NCBI RefSeq assembly: GCF_006345805.1
Contig: NC_043004.1
Coordinates: 2,976,001 to 3,040,000, forward strand
Source of the DNA: Octopus sinensis
Lineage: Eukaryota
Length of the DNA: 64,000 nucleotides
Direction: 5' to 3'
Positions 1 to 11,290 of this stretch are shown here, piece after piece (positions within the stretch are counted from its first letter, which is position 1; the number at the start of each line of letters is the position of its first letter). Position numbers and translations under genes: made by a program. The notes beneath the pieces were generated by a model. The model was given only the letters and a program-made list of their open reading frames with translations, ran no database searches and was not told where the DNA came from.

Positions 1-375
1 CCATTAGTTTTACTGTGTAATGTATCGTATTGACTCAAATTAGTTATCAGAACTTAAATCTCTTCGGGCAATTTTTATTCTTTCATTTATCCGAAAGTTA
101 TAGAGTCAGATTATTATAGCTGGCTTCGGCAATTATCACAATTGAAACTTCAAGACAGATTGTATACCTTAAACCTATTCCAAAAGAATTTATACTTTCT
201 TTTTTTCTTTTCCTCGCTAACATAATTGGTAAGTATTCAATGGAGAGATAACCAGAAATTCTTTCTTTGAAGTTTTGTTCTCAAACGTTTATGAATATTT
301 TATAAGTTCGATTCTCAGAAAAGAAGAAAAAATAATGTATTTTTTTTTTATTCTTGTCTCTATGTTCATATTTAG

Positions 376-827
376 AGCTTTCATGCAAGACTAAAGGTGA
401 GGTTTATAAGAAATAATTCCAATCGATTTGTTCCTCAAGAAAGAAGCTGAAATGTTCTGTCTAAGTTGGACTCAAACATTGATAAAAAAGGAAACTGAAA
501 TTATATCGTTTTTGTAGTGGCAAATATTCCGTTTAGACTACAACCAAGCCAACAATTTCATCCTCACAAAGAAATGGTACGTCAGCCAGTATAAGTGTTT
601 TCCTGTGTAATTACTGACAAATGTGTGTGAGTGTGTGTTTATGTGTGTGTGTGCCGGTTTGTGTGTACCTGTTTGTGTGTGTCTGCATACCATCATATAT
701 ATATAGATGTATGTATATACAATATATTAATGTGTGTGCGCATATTGTAGATCTCTATACCATCATATATATATGTATGTATGTATATATGCATTAGTGT
801 GTGCGTGCGTGTGTGTATGTATGTCTG

Positions 828-860
<33 letters not shown>

Positions 861-995
861 CTGTGTGAGTGTGTGTGTGTGTTTGTGTATGTGTTTTCAG
901 GTTATGGCTGCCAGCCCAGTCGTTACACCAAAGACAGGATCTTTGTATTCGGTTCTGTCGCAGTCCTAGTAATAACTTCCATTTATGTCCTCTAG
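376..995 (+). CDS. Candidate 3'-terminal exons of a host gene (376-396, 537-576, 901-995), possible Ser/Thr stalk plus hydrophobic GPI/TM-like C-terminus
   Basis: Splice-like sites tttag|..aag|gtgagg, tttag|..atg|gtacgt and ttttcag|. Phases join to SFHARLK-TTTKPTISSSQRN-GYGCQPSRYTKDRIFVFGSVAVLVITSIYVL*. An alternative acceptor at 517 gives another in-phase reading ending VMAASPVVTPKTGSLYSVLSQS*. Confidence 0.4.
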
Positions 996-1339
996 TGTCT
1001 CATTTAACGAAACTAAGGTCTCCGAGTGTAAATAAGAGATTTTTTGCTGCATTTTTTGTTTTGTCTTCTTTTGTTTTTTTTTTTTGTTTTTTTTTCGGTC
1101 AGTACATGAGATTGAGTATTCGATCTATTAACTATCGAAAAACCAAACAGTCTAAATGAATACAATCTACCAAGTTGAGTGAGACACGGTAAATTTGGCA
1201 AGTGTGCCTCGGCGAGACATTTTATTGCAGACGTGTGTCACTCTATTTCTTTTTGTCTTTCAACATTTATTAAGCTTCGCTAAACCTGAATAGCTTCTAC
1301 AATGTCTTAATCAGTCGTGTCTAGTGATGATACTATCAT

Positions 1340-1735
1340 GGCTGTGTGGCAAGTAGCTTGCTAACCAGCCACATGGTTCCGGGTTCAGTCCCACTGCGTG
1401 GCATCTTGGGCAAGTGTCTTCTACTATAGCCTCGGGCCGACCAAAGCCTTGTGAGTGGATTTGGTAGACGGAAACTGAAAGAAGCCCGTCGTATATATGT
1501 ATATATATATATGTGTGTTTATCTTTGTGTGTCTGCGTTTGTCCCCCTAGCATTGCTTGACAACTGATGCTGGTGTGTTTACGTCGCCGTCAATTAGCGG
1601 TTCGCCAAAAGAGACCGATAGAATAAGTACTGGGCTTACAAAGAATAAGTCCCGTGGTCGATTTGCTCGACTAAAGACGGTGCTCCAGCATGGCCGCAGT
1701 CAAATGACTGAAACAAGTAAACGAGTAAACGAATA
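1340..1735 (+). mobile_element. tRNA-derived SINE (CORE-like centre, internal TA/TG tract)
   Basis: Head GGCTGTGTGG..GGGTTCAGTCCC (A/B-box-like), TTGGGCAAGTGTCTTCT core, 3' GGTGCTCCAGCATGGCCGCAGTC..GAAACAAGTAAA; homologous pieces recur many times in the window. Confidence 0.8.
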
Positions 1736-1754
1736 TATATATATATAAAGTAAT

Positions 1755-2100
1755 GTTCGAGCCGATTTACTGCGGTTTTTTAACTCCAAGAATATATCTC
1801 CATTATCTGGTTAACAATGCACAACTGCATCCGATATATTGCGAACAGGGGAGCGAACCCCTATCACATTCTAGCGACTGGACCAGCAGACATGTCTGGT
1901 TTCGGGCTATTTCTGCCTCTCTTCAGTAGCAGCACCTCGCCTGCTACAGATGGCAGTAGCTCGCCTCTGCTCGCAATATATATATAAATTCAAGCGACAC
2001 ACAGTCGCTTCGCAATATATCGGATGCAGCTGTGCATCGTAAACCAGCTAGAGGAGATGTCCTCTTGGGGTTAAAAAATCGCTGTAAATTCCGCTCAAAC
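1755..2100. mobile_element. Fold-back element (Penelope-like pseudo-LTR type) with arms ~1755-1845 and ~2009-2100
   Basis: Arms are reverse complements (TGCATCCGATATATTGCGAA / TTCGCAATATATCGGATGCA); hammerhead motif in the spacer; flanked by (TA)n. Confidence 0.6.
1874..1933 (-). ncRNA. Type I hammerhead ribozyme motif, slightly degenerate
   Basis: Minus strand: GCTGCTA CTGAAGA GAGGC agaaata GCCC GAA ACCAG acatgtctg CTGGT C CAGTCGC; GUC cleavage triplet, imperfect stem I. Confidence 0.6.
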
Positions 2101-2179
2101 AGAACCGCCATGTTCAAGTGGCTACAAACATTACTTACTGGTTCAACTACTGCGATCATTTCGTAGAGCGATTTTAGCT

Positions 2180-2290
<111 letters not shown>

Positions 2291-2551
2291 GATGATAGAT
2301 AGATAGATAGATAGATAGATAGTATAGATAGATAGATAGATAGATATAGATATATATAGAGATATATATAAGCAATAATAAATCTCTGAGCGAGATATAA
2401 ACAGTAGCTACAACACATCGTGAAGTGTTTTTGCCACTTAAATGTGGCTGACCCCAGGAGGACACCTCCTCCAGCTGGCTATTGACAAACTTTCTGTGCC
2501 GTATCAGTATTTGCAAAGAGAAGCCATCCTTCCCGTCATCAACCTGTGATA

Positions 2552-2596
2552 CACACGGACTCGAGTTTCTGGGTATTGACTTGTCATCAGCGTGCG
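2552..2596 (-). ncRNA. Minimal hammerhead ribozyme motif with decayed stem II
   Basis: Minus strand: GCACG CTGATGA caagtcaataccca GAA ACTCGAGT C CGTGT; palindromic stem III, 5-bp stem I. Confidence 0.55.
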
Positions 2597-3389
2597 AGAA
2601 TCACGAGTTGTCGATGAAAAGTAGGCCTTTCTTTGCAAATATCGATCTGTCTGACCATCTCTTTATCTATCTATCTATCAATCTATCTATCTATCTATAC
2701 ATACATACATACATACAAACATACACACAAACATACATATATACATATATGTATGTATGTACGTGTGTGTGTGTGTTCCTTCGAGATTTACTTAAGTTCC
2801 TCTCAAGAAATTTTAAGCTGGTCGCTAACAAAGCGACAAGACTTTTTTTTCCATTTAGGAGAGTTCCCGGCGTCTGTCAATATTTGGTTTGAGTTAGTGT
2901 ATAAATATGTATGAATGTGTATGTGTGTGTGTGAACGCGTGTATGTATGTCTGCGTGCGCGTGCGCGTGTGCGTCCGTTGTGTGTGTGTGTGTGTGTGTA
3001 TGTGTGTGTAAATGGCTGGCGTGAATATAATAGTACAATATAAAAGAACAAAACGAGCCAAGTACAAGAATGGTGTGACAATAATATTTATTGTTGATCT
3101 GAGATTTGACTCTGAGATTTCTGCTCAGGTCTCATGCTTACCGCTATTCAAGTACGAAACACAGAATAGATATATGTATACTTTCCATTGTTTTCGGTTT
3201 TATATTCATACATCAATAAAATTTTATACTTTTTTTTTTTATCCAGTAACTGCAGGATATCAATATTTTATGTCTGAAATGTTTTTCTGTGTGTATTCTA
3301 AATTATGCGAACAGCAGTTAACCTGAGACACAGTGTAATAAACGTTGGCTCTACAATCTAAATCGCAATTACCCAGCATTACTCACCTA

Positions 3390-3688
3390 GTTTTACACTG
3401 TATTAGGTGTCTTGTTCATGTCTTTGTAATTTGTAAAACTTTAGTGGAAAGGTTGGAACATATGCAGTTTAATTCCTCTCTTATTCTATAAAGGTGTGTA
3501 TCGTAGGCTTGTGTCTGCGTACATTTGTCACAAGACTTTCCCACATTAAATATCTGGTTTTAATATTCAGTTTACTATAAAACAGTATCATTACATCCAT
3601 TAATGTATTTATTTATGTCTATCTGTTCACTGTCTCTTCATCTTTACTTATTTCTACATGAATGTGTGTGTGTGTATGTGTGTGTGTG

Positions 3689-3743
<55 letters not shown>

Positions 3744-3876
3744 TTTAAAAGATAAATAGATATGGAGGAAAAGACAAGGAAACAGACTTAAATACATTAT
3801 TAGATGCCATAATGCTCTTTTATACTAAACCGTAATTTAAGACTACATATTTTATGTGACAAAGTCTTAGGACAAG

Positions 3877-3947
<71 letters not shown>

Positions 3948-4095
3948 ACACACATACACACACACATAAGCTTATGGTATACATCTTCGAGAATAATAAA
4001 GGAATTAAACTGTAATTGTTACAATCTTTCTACTAAAAATGTACAGATTACAAAGATATAAACAAAAGACATAATACACTGCAGCGTTAAAACAG
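3390..4095. repeat. Old inverted repeat (arms ~3390-3655 and ~3750-4095) around a (TG)n tract
   Basis: Matching segments TCTTTGTAATTTGTA / TACAGATTACAAAGA, CAGTTTAATTCCT / AGGAATTAAACTG, AAGACTTT / AAAGTCTT, TAATGTATTTA / TAAATACATTA in mirrored order; right arm has an extra (CA)n. Confidence 0.6.
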
Positions 4096-5529
4096 AGCGT
4101 TGTCGCAAGGTGAGTAGGTTTACATAAGAGAATGGAACTGGCGGACCACTCTAGGTTTCTAAATGTTAGATGGATCTAAGAACAAGAGAGACACTTTATA
4201 TTTTAGATAAGTATATCCGGCATTGTTTTGTTTCTGTCTTTTTATCAAGCACTCGATCAAAAGCTGCAGAATTTTCTGTAAGTCATGCGTGACGTGTCGT
4301 GAAATATCACAGAGGTTGGTTCTTTGTTGTCAGATAAATAACCCAATGAGGAGTGAAGTGATGAATGGCTGCACCTCTGCGATGTATTGTTTTTTCGGTG
4401 AGATTAGAATTTCCTGGATCATTAAATTCACTTTTACAATATTTCTTTCAGTAATGCCATTCAGGAAGATTCATATCTGGTTATCTTCAGACTGGATTTG
4501 AAATAGGAACCTTCATTTCCAAAACAAAGATGACGATGTCCTTGTCCACCGAGTTGGGAAGAAAAGTACGTCTAAACCACACAAGAATATCTACACGGTT
4601 TCATAAATAATCATACACATGCAAACACACATATACACACATACAGCAAACACACATACACTACACACACTCAAACACGTGCACTCACACATAAAGACAT
4701 GTATACCCACACACATACATACATACACAGTCACATGTATACACACTGACGCGCGCGCGCACTCTCACACATACGAACACACATACACACAAACACACAC
4801 ACATACGAACACACATACACACAAACACATACACACACACATGTTATCGAGAGTTTAAACAAAATAATTTAATGTACTCAAAAACGAATGTAACTTTAAG
4901 ATTCATGGCAGAATACAGCAGCTGTTTCTAAAGACACCACTTCGGACACAAATTCCCAGGTGTAGCCTCTATGTGTATTATTCATATAGACACATACAAA
5001 TTAGTATATACCCGTACACTCACACACGTGCGCGAGCGCAGGCACGCACACACTGTTATTTTTAATATTTTTCTTGTCTCAGTCTTTGAGCTGCAGCCAT
5101 GCTGGGGCACTACCATCAAATGTTTTTTTAAACTAATAGAACCCAGTACAAGGACGCAAACAAACCAATACCGGTAGCCAAGTTACGTTGAGGTTGATAA
5201 ACACAGAGTCACACACATAGATATATGTAAGAATATAACGTTTCGGGAAATTTTCGTTCTTCACAGTGTTTTATATAAATTTGGTGTCGTTTTGTGGCAA
5301 AAATTAGAATAGTAAGATATGGAAGTCAGGAACATGTAACGGTGAGAGGGATGGATGTGGTTATGGGTAAATGAAATAAACAGTAAAAGATAGCGTAGAT
5401 TTTATCCGTTTGGATAAGAATGGAAACTTGAGAAAGATAGAAGTTGCGGAGTCGAATAGAAGACAAAAGAAGTTGTAACGGTTTGAATAGTAAAGCAGCG
5501 AACTGAGAGAGTGGAAAGGGGTGGGAGAT

Positions 5530-7790
5530 GGAATTCTAACTCCAGGAGGGTGAAAGCATGAATGTTACGACTGTTGGACTGGGCTCGGGGAAGAGCAGCA
5601 TCGTCGACAAGTGCTTGGGGAACCCCACTGGAAAATTGACGAATTTGCTTCGAATTGGAAATGAAGAAAGGGTCACTGGTACAGAGAAGTGGATGACCAC
5701 TTTGTACCGCTATCAAAAACGATTGGATAGTATGCGCCATTCGCCTGTCCAGCGTAGTTGATATGTTCCCTGGACCACGGGCTATCTATCTTAGGCCATG
5801 ACTCGTATTTCATTGGTGGTGCTTTGGTTGCTAGCACAAACCTCTGTATGGTTTTACACAATTTTCAATGTGTCGGTCCATAGTCGGCCAATATACACAT
5901 AGCTCCTCATTAAGCCTTTCGTTCTCGGCATTCCTAGGTGTCCACTGTGGAATTCCTACACTCCTTACGCGCACATTAAAATATCATCGCATCGTGAACA
6001 ATTATTCGAATCTGTATTTTTATTTTGCTTATTTTTCAACACTTCTTTCATCCTTGTAATGTAATTCTCCTCTACAGATTTCATTATTATATCATGCGCT
6101 GCCACTGGCAGTTCGTGAATAACATTGCACATAACGTTTTTAGTTATTTTTCTTCTATTCAGCTGCTGAGTTCTTTTCACTGGTGATGCAACCAATTAAT
6201 TTTTACAGTACCGGTTTATTGGAAGATCTCATAAGTCAAATAACTCCAACCAGTCGGAACCAAACAGATTGGTTGCGTTCTTTACGACGGAAACTTTCAC
6301 CTTTCAAGTTTTTCCTCGAAATCTGACATCATTCCACATTCTGCCTAAAGTGTAGTTTGTCACCCATCACGCCCGTTTTCGCTGTTTTTCTTAACATAGG
6401 TTTCCCTAATTTCTTCCACCTGTCGGTGTTAATGATTGAAATGTCACTATTCGTGTCCACTTGTAATTTGATATTTACTCTCTTTACTTTTACAATGTAC
6501 AAACTTTATTTGGGAGTCGATTTTAATTTCTACTGACAGCACTTTAGAATTTTTTTGCATTTGACCTTCGTACTTTTGTTCTGTAGTGTGAACTCTTCTG
6601 TCCAAATTTTTGACAACTGTAACATTTTTGGTTTTTAAAAGAACGATCTTTCCTGAAATGTAGGTCTCCACATCCGTAACATACATTAGGACCTCGCAAT
6701 CTTCTTTGGTTATACTTTCTCGGTCGACATATCTGAATTTTTGCGAAATCCTTTTCTTGAATTTTTCTTACGCTAGGTTTACCATCCTTTGATACTTTAC
6801 TGCAACAGTCTGTAGGGTTAAATCTTGGTTCGCTTGTTCAAGTTTTGAAAGACTTCTTGACCGTATTTCTGTATCTTCATTTGCTGTAAGGCCTTGTACA
6901 AAAATGAGGCACTTAAACATCTCAGGAGCAAGTTTTTTTAAGTTTAAAACTTCCACACGTTCTGTTGACTGTTCCTGCATACTTAATAAAGGTCATCATC
7001 CTCTTTTTTAATTAAATTCCAAAACTCCATTCGAGTGACAAATAGAGAAGTTTTATCACCAAACATGTTAGAGAGTAATTTGATTGTTTCCTGAAAACAA
7101 ATTTCACCAGACTTTCTGGGCAATACGAAATTACAGTATCAGTCATGCTCAGACGGAGCTAATTTACGTAATAATAACCTTACATTTTCTTCGTAGTACG
7201 CTGCAAAAGTTATACCCTCTTCTGAGTTATAACTGAATTCTGTTATGGAGTTCGATACGCTGTCTGGCGAAAAGGAACTTACCGCATTTTCGAACTTCTT
7301 GGGGTATACCGCCAATAATTGTTGTTGCTGTTGTAGTTGTTGCTATGCTAGTTGCTTCTTCAACTTCTGTTGTTGTTCTTCTTGTTGCTTTTGCAACTGT
7401 ATTATAGAAGCTGATAGGTCTTTAGTTGTATCACGAATAGATTGTGAAATAAACCTACGTGACCGTCGAAGCCTTCGTCTCCAGATGTCGTTCCTCCGTC
7501 TCCAGATGTCGCGGTACCGCCACGTATTGTGACGGATGATTTAGATACACTGTGCTAGTGTAGTACCAGTAAACAAGACAATGGTACAGCCGTAATAACA
7601 ACGTAACGATCCAACCATCTCTTCACGAACCAACAATCAATATTCCAAATGAATTAATCAACCGACACTTTCCGACTTCACTGCGAACTCAACTCGAACT
7701 AACACCCACAGACTTCACTCCGACCGCTACTATTTATAATCGCTCGGTCCAGTCTATTTCTCGCGAGGTGGTGTCGTGGTTCTCATCACA
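5530..7790 (-). mobile_element. Decayed Ty3/Gypsy (Mag/K02A2.6-like) LTR retrotransposon with gag and integrase relics
   Basis: Gag-like FKCLIFVQGLTANEDTEIRSR (6768-6980); integrase-like WPKIDSPWSREHINYAGQANGAYYPIVFDSGTKW (5673-5861) and YVYWPTMD; many stops and frameshifts. Confidence 0.75.
7528..7790 (-). repeat. 5' LTR of the Gypsy element
   Basis: TGT...ACA termini (TGTGA..TCACA); minus-strand TATAAATA at ~7731-7738; followed on the minus strand by a TGGCG PBS-like start; no matching 3' LTR found. Confidence 0.6.
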
Positions 7791-7859
7791 ACATACATAT
7801 ATATATATATATATATGTACATCTATTTATAATTTATGTATATTCTTTAATTCTTTTGT

Positions 7860-8060
7860 TGTTTTGTCTCTTTCAGTCATTTGACTGCGGCCATGCTGGA
7901 GCACTGCCTTTCAAGTCGAACAATTCGACCCAGGATTATTCATTGTAGGCCTGGTACTTATTCTAGCGATTTCTTTTCAGAACTGCGAAGATACGGGTAC
8001 GCAAACATGCCAATATCGGTTGTCACGCGAAAGTGGGGGGACAAACACAAGCACACAAAT

Positions 8061-8113
<53 letters not shown>

Positions 8114-8270
8114 CGAGATGCTTCTTTCAGTTTCCGTCTACCAAATCCACTCACAAGTCTTTGGTCGGCCTGAGGCTATAGAAAAAGGTACTTTGCCTAA
8201 TGTTCCACGCAGTGGGTCTGAACCCGGAACCATGTGGCTGGTAAGCAAGCTTCTTACCACACAGCCTCGC
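7860..8270 (-). mobile_element. tRNA-derived SINE, same family as 1340-1735
   Basis: Reverse-complement match including CTTTCAGTTTCCGTCTACCAAATCCACTCACAA and TGACTGCGGCCATGCTGGAGCAC. Confidence 0.8.
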
Positions 8271-8289
8271 CTAGTGAAATAAATTTCGG

Positions 8290-9170
8290 AGATTTTTTGC
8301 CAAATGCAGAATCTGCAGGATCTACTCAGAGGTTTTGCAAGCTTTTCTTCTAAACCCATTGCAATGCTGGAAACTCGTATCGTCAGCAGGTATCTCCGTG
8401 TCACAAGCGTTTTTTCCCTTAGCGAGGACTGAACTAGTGTTTGGTTGTGGAAGGGTTCGACTTGCTGTCTCTTATCAACTATATCCACCATGAGCTTGTT
8501 TCAACTGCCGTGTCTATCTCCTAGATAGTCTTCTTCAGTTGTCTGGGTTCCAGAAATAACTTATACAGGAAATAACACACTGATACAGCTAGATAGCCGC
8601 GGCAGCCAACACCAATCTGGAACGAGGCCGCATGCCATCCCTTGACACGGACATCGTCGACCAAATTCTGATTTTGTTCCCTGTTCTCTGAGGGAACTGT
8701 GAGTTCGACTAGGAAAGTAGCAAATTATCTGGTCGGTGTAATGTTATTTCAATCTCCGCTGGGAAGACAAGTCTGCACTTCAGCTCCACTTGCATCTCAC
8801 GGTTTGAGGCTGAATATAAAATAGAAAACGAGTCGCCTGTCATTCCTCTCATCTTGGGAGCCTTGGTGCTTTCCTTTGATAATTTGAAACCCTTTGCTGG
8901 TGCAGACTACTGTTTATTTGCCTTCACATTTTTCAGATCAATCCACTTGCCAATTTTGCAAAGGACCTTATCATGTTTCTATTTGAATAGGCCTTCTCCC
9001 AGTGCCGTAGGGCATCCGGTCAAAATGTGGTTCAGGGTGCAAAAAGGTTGCTCCACACGACTTTCAGGATGGGGCTTCTTTTATACCCCACATCATAAGG
9101 TTCTTTGGGATACATGGTACCTCTGCTTGTATGTATGGACATTTTCTCACCAGGTAGGAGATTATTGATA
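8290..9170 (-). mobile_element. Decayed HERO-like (REL endonuclease) non-LTR retrotransposon 3' fragment
   Basis: Minus-strand peptides PKNLMMWGIKEAP..TLNHILTGCPTALGEG..KHDKVL (CCHC knuckle region) and HRPD..LVELTVPSEN. Confidence 0.65.
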
Positions 9171-9229
9171 AATTGGTAAATAGTTGTGAAAACAGGCAGA
9201 AAATAGAAAGACTGAGGAACATATACACA

Positions 9230-9250
9230 CACACACTCACACATATATAT

Positions 9251-9285
<35 letters not shown>

Positions 9286-9292
9286 TATATAT

Positions 9293-9369
<77 letters not shown>

Positions 9370-9398
9370 TATGTATATAAATATATATATATATGTAT

Positions 9399-9444
<46 letters not shown>

Positions 9445-9471
9445 GTATATAAATATATATATATTATAGTA

Positions 9472-9504
<33 letters not shown>

Positions 9505-9545
9505 TGTATAGTATGTATGTATGTATGTATGTATGTATGTGTGTA
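9230..9545. repeat. (TA)n/(TATG)n microsatellite
   Basis: Direct reading. Confidence 0.95.
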
Positions 9546-9999
9546 TAATAAAGAGAGAAAGACAAAAAAGCAAGAGAGGTTAAGTAATACACGTATAGAT
9601 ATGTGACTAGATAGACAGACATATGGACTGAGAGAGTGGGCGGAGAGAGTTTGAAACAAATGTATATAATTATCCGTTTTAAACTTTTCTGATATATGAG
9701 ACTAGCCAAAGTGAGTGTAAGCGTGTGCTGGTTTGTGGAAGTTTAACTGTGATAGATAAATTGTGCGTTTGAAGATTACATTCATTGGAAATATTTTTCC
9801 GCTGCACAAAAATACGTAATAAAAGGCAATAAAGAAGTTAAATAATAACATAGGGAAAAGTCTAAGAAGGAGATCAAAGAAATCAAAGAATTTTTTTAAA
9901 ATTCAAGACAAACTTTAAAAGAAAGAAAAACAAGGAGAAATGATAAAAATGAAGGAAATATATAAATAGATAGATAACTAACGAGGGAAGAAAGAAGGA

Positions 10000-10031
<32 letters not shown>

Positions 10032-11222
10032 ATTTTTGCAAAAATTATTCTGAGAGCTGGTGATGACATTAAGTTTTATAAGTCCCAGTTTTGATAGCGA
10101 AAATAAGAAATGGAATATTTTATAAAAGCAAAAAATAACAATATGAATAAAATTTATGGTGGGGGAGAAAAGGGGGAGGCGAACGGGGAGGGACAGGAAG
10201 AGAAGAAGGAGAAGTAATGAAGGAGATATAGACGAAGAGAAAAGAATATGAGGTAGACGAAAAAGCGTGAGACATCGATCAGCGATGCTATTTACAGGGA
10301 GATATTCAATCGATGCCTTCTGACGGTTTGATTGAGAAGTCTTGCCATAGCAATACGGCAGAAAGACGAGGGAATTGTTGAGGCATAGCTAGAGTAATCA
10401 GAGAGAGAGAGAGAGGGAGAAGAACAGCGGGGACGGAGTCTGTAAGAAATAAGGTGCAAAAAGTAGTGAGATGTAATATTGACGTAGAACGTGACAGAGA
10501 GCGAGATTGAGAGAGAGAGAGAGAGAGTGAGAGGAAAGAGAGAGGGAGGGAGAGAGAGAGAGGAAAGAGAGTGGGAGGGAGAGAGAGAGAGAAGTCGTGA
10601 ATGAACGTCCTTCATATATCGGCGGCTTCCGTTGATGTGCATATGAAAGCCAACATACAGTGTAATCAGAGTTAATAGCAAGTCAGCTATTCATAAGCGA
10701 GACTGAAGGTTAAATTGCCTTATGTTAACATCGTTGCCATGCCATTTGGCTATCATCTTGATGATGATCAGCAAGCGGACAGTTATTAGACACACGGTAA
10801 AGTAGATTATCAGTGACCAGATCGGAGATGTACCACGAAACATTTTGATAACTAATCAAATTGTTAGACAGTAAAAGCAAATAGAACAGAATGTGTGTAC
10901 GGATTTAATGGCTAACACAAAGCAATGTCTCTGTTTTACTCCCAACACATAATTTGAGATCAAACTGCTTGACAAACTAAATGTGACTCAAAAAGATATT
11001 ATTTACATGTACAGAATATGTTTATACAACTCTACCTAGTCTTCGCTGCTCATCGTTTCTGTCTGGCGCCTGTTTATTAAGGAATATGTACTCGAATATA
11101 TCTTGGTAACCACAAATCTCAAAGCAGGGCCTACATGTTGCTGAAGGACATGTGAAGGCGCAACAGCTTTTCCTTGCTGCTTTCTTCCTCCTTTATTATT
11201 ATTATTGTTGTTATTATTATTA

Positions 11223-11260
<38 letters not shown>

Positions 11261-11290
11261 TATTATTATTATATTATTATTATTATTATT

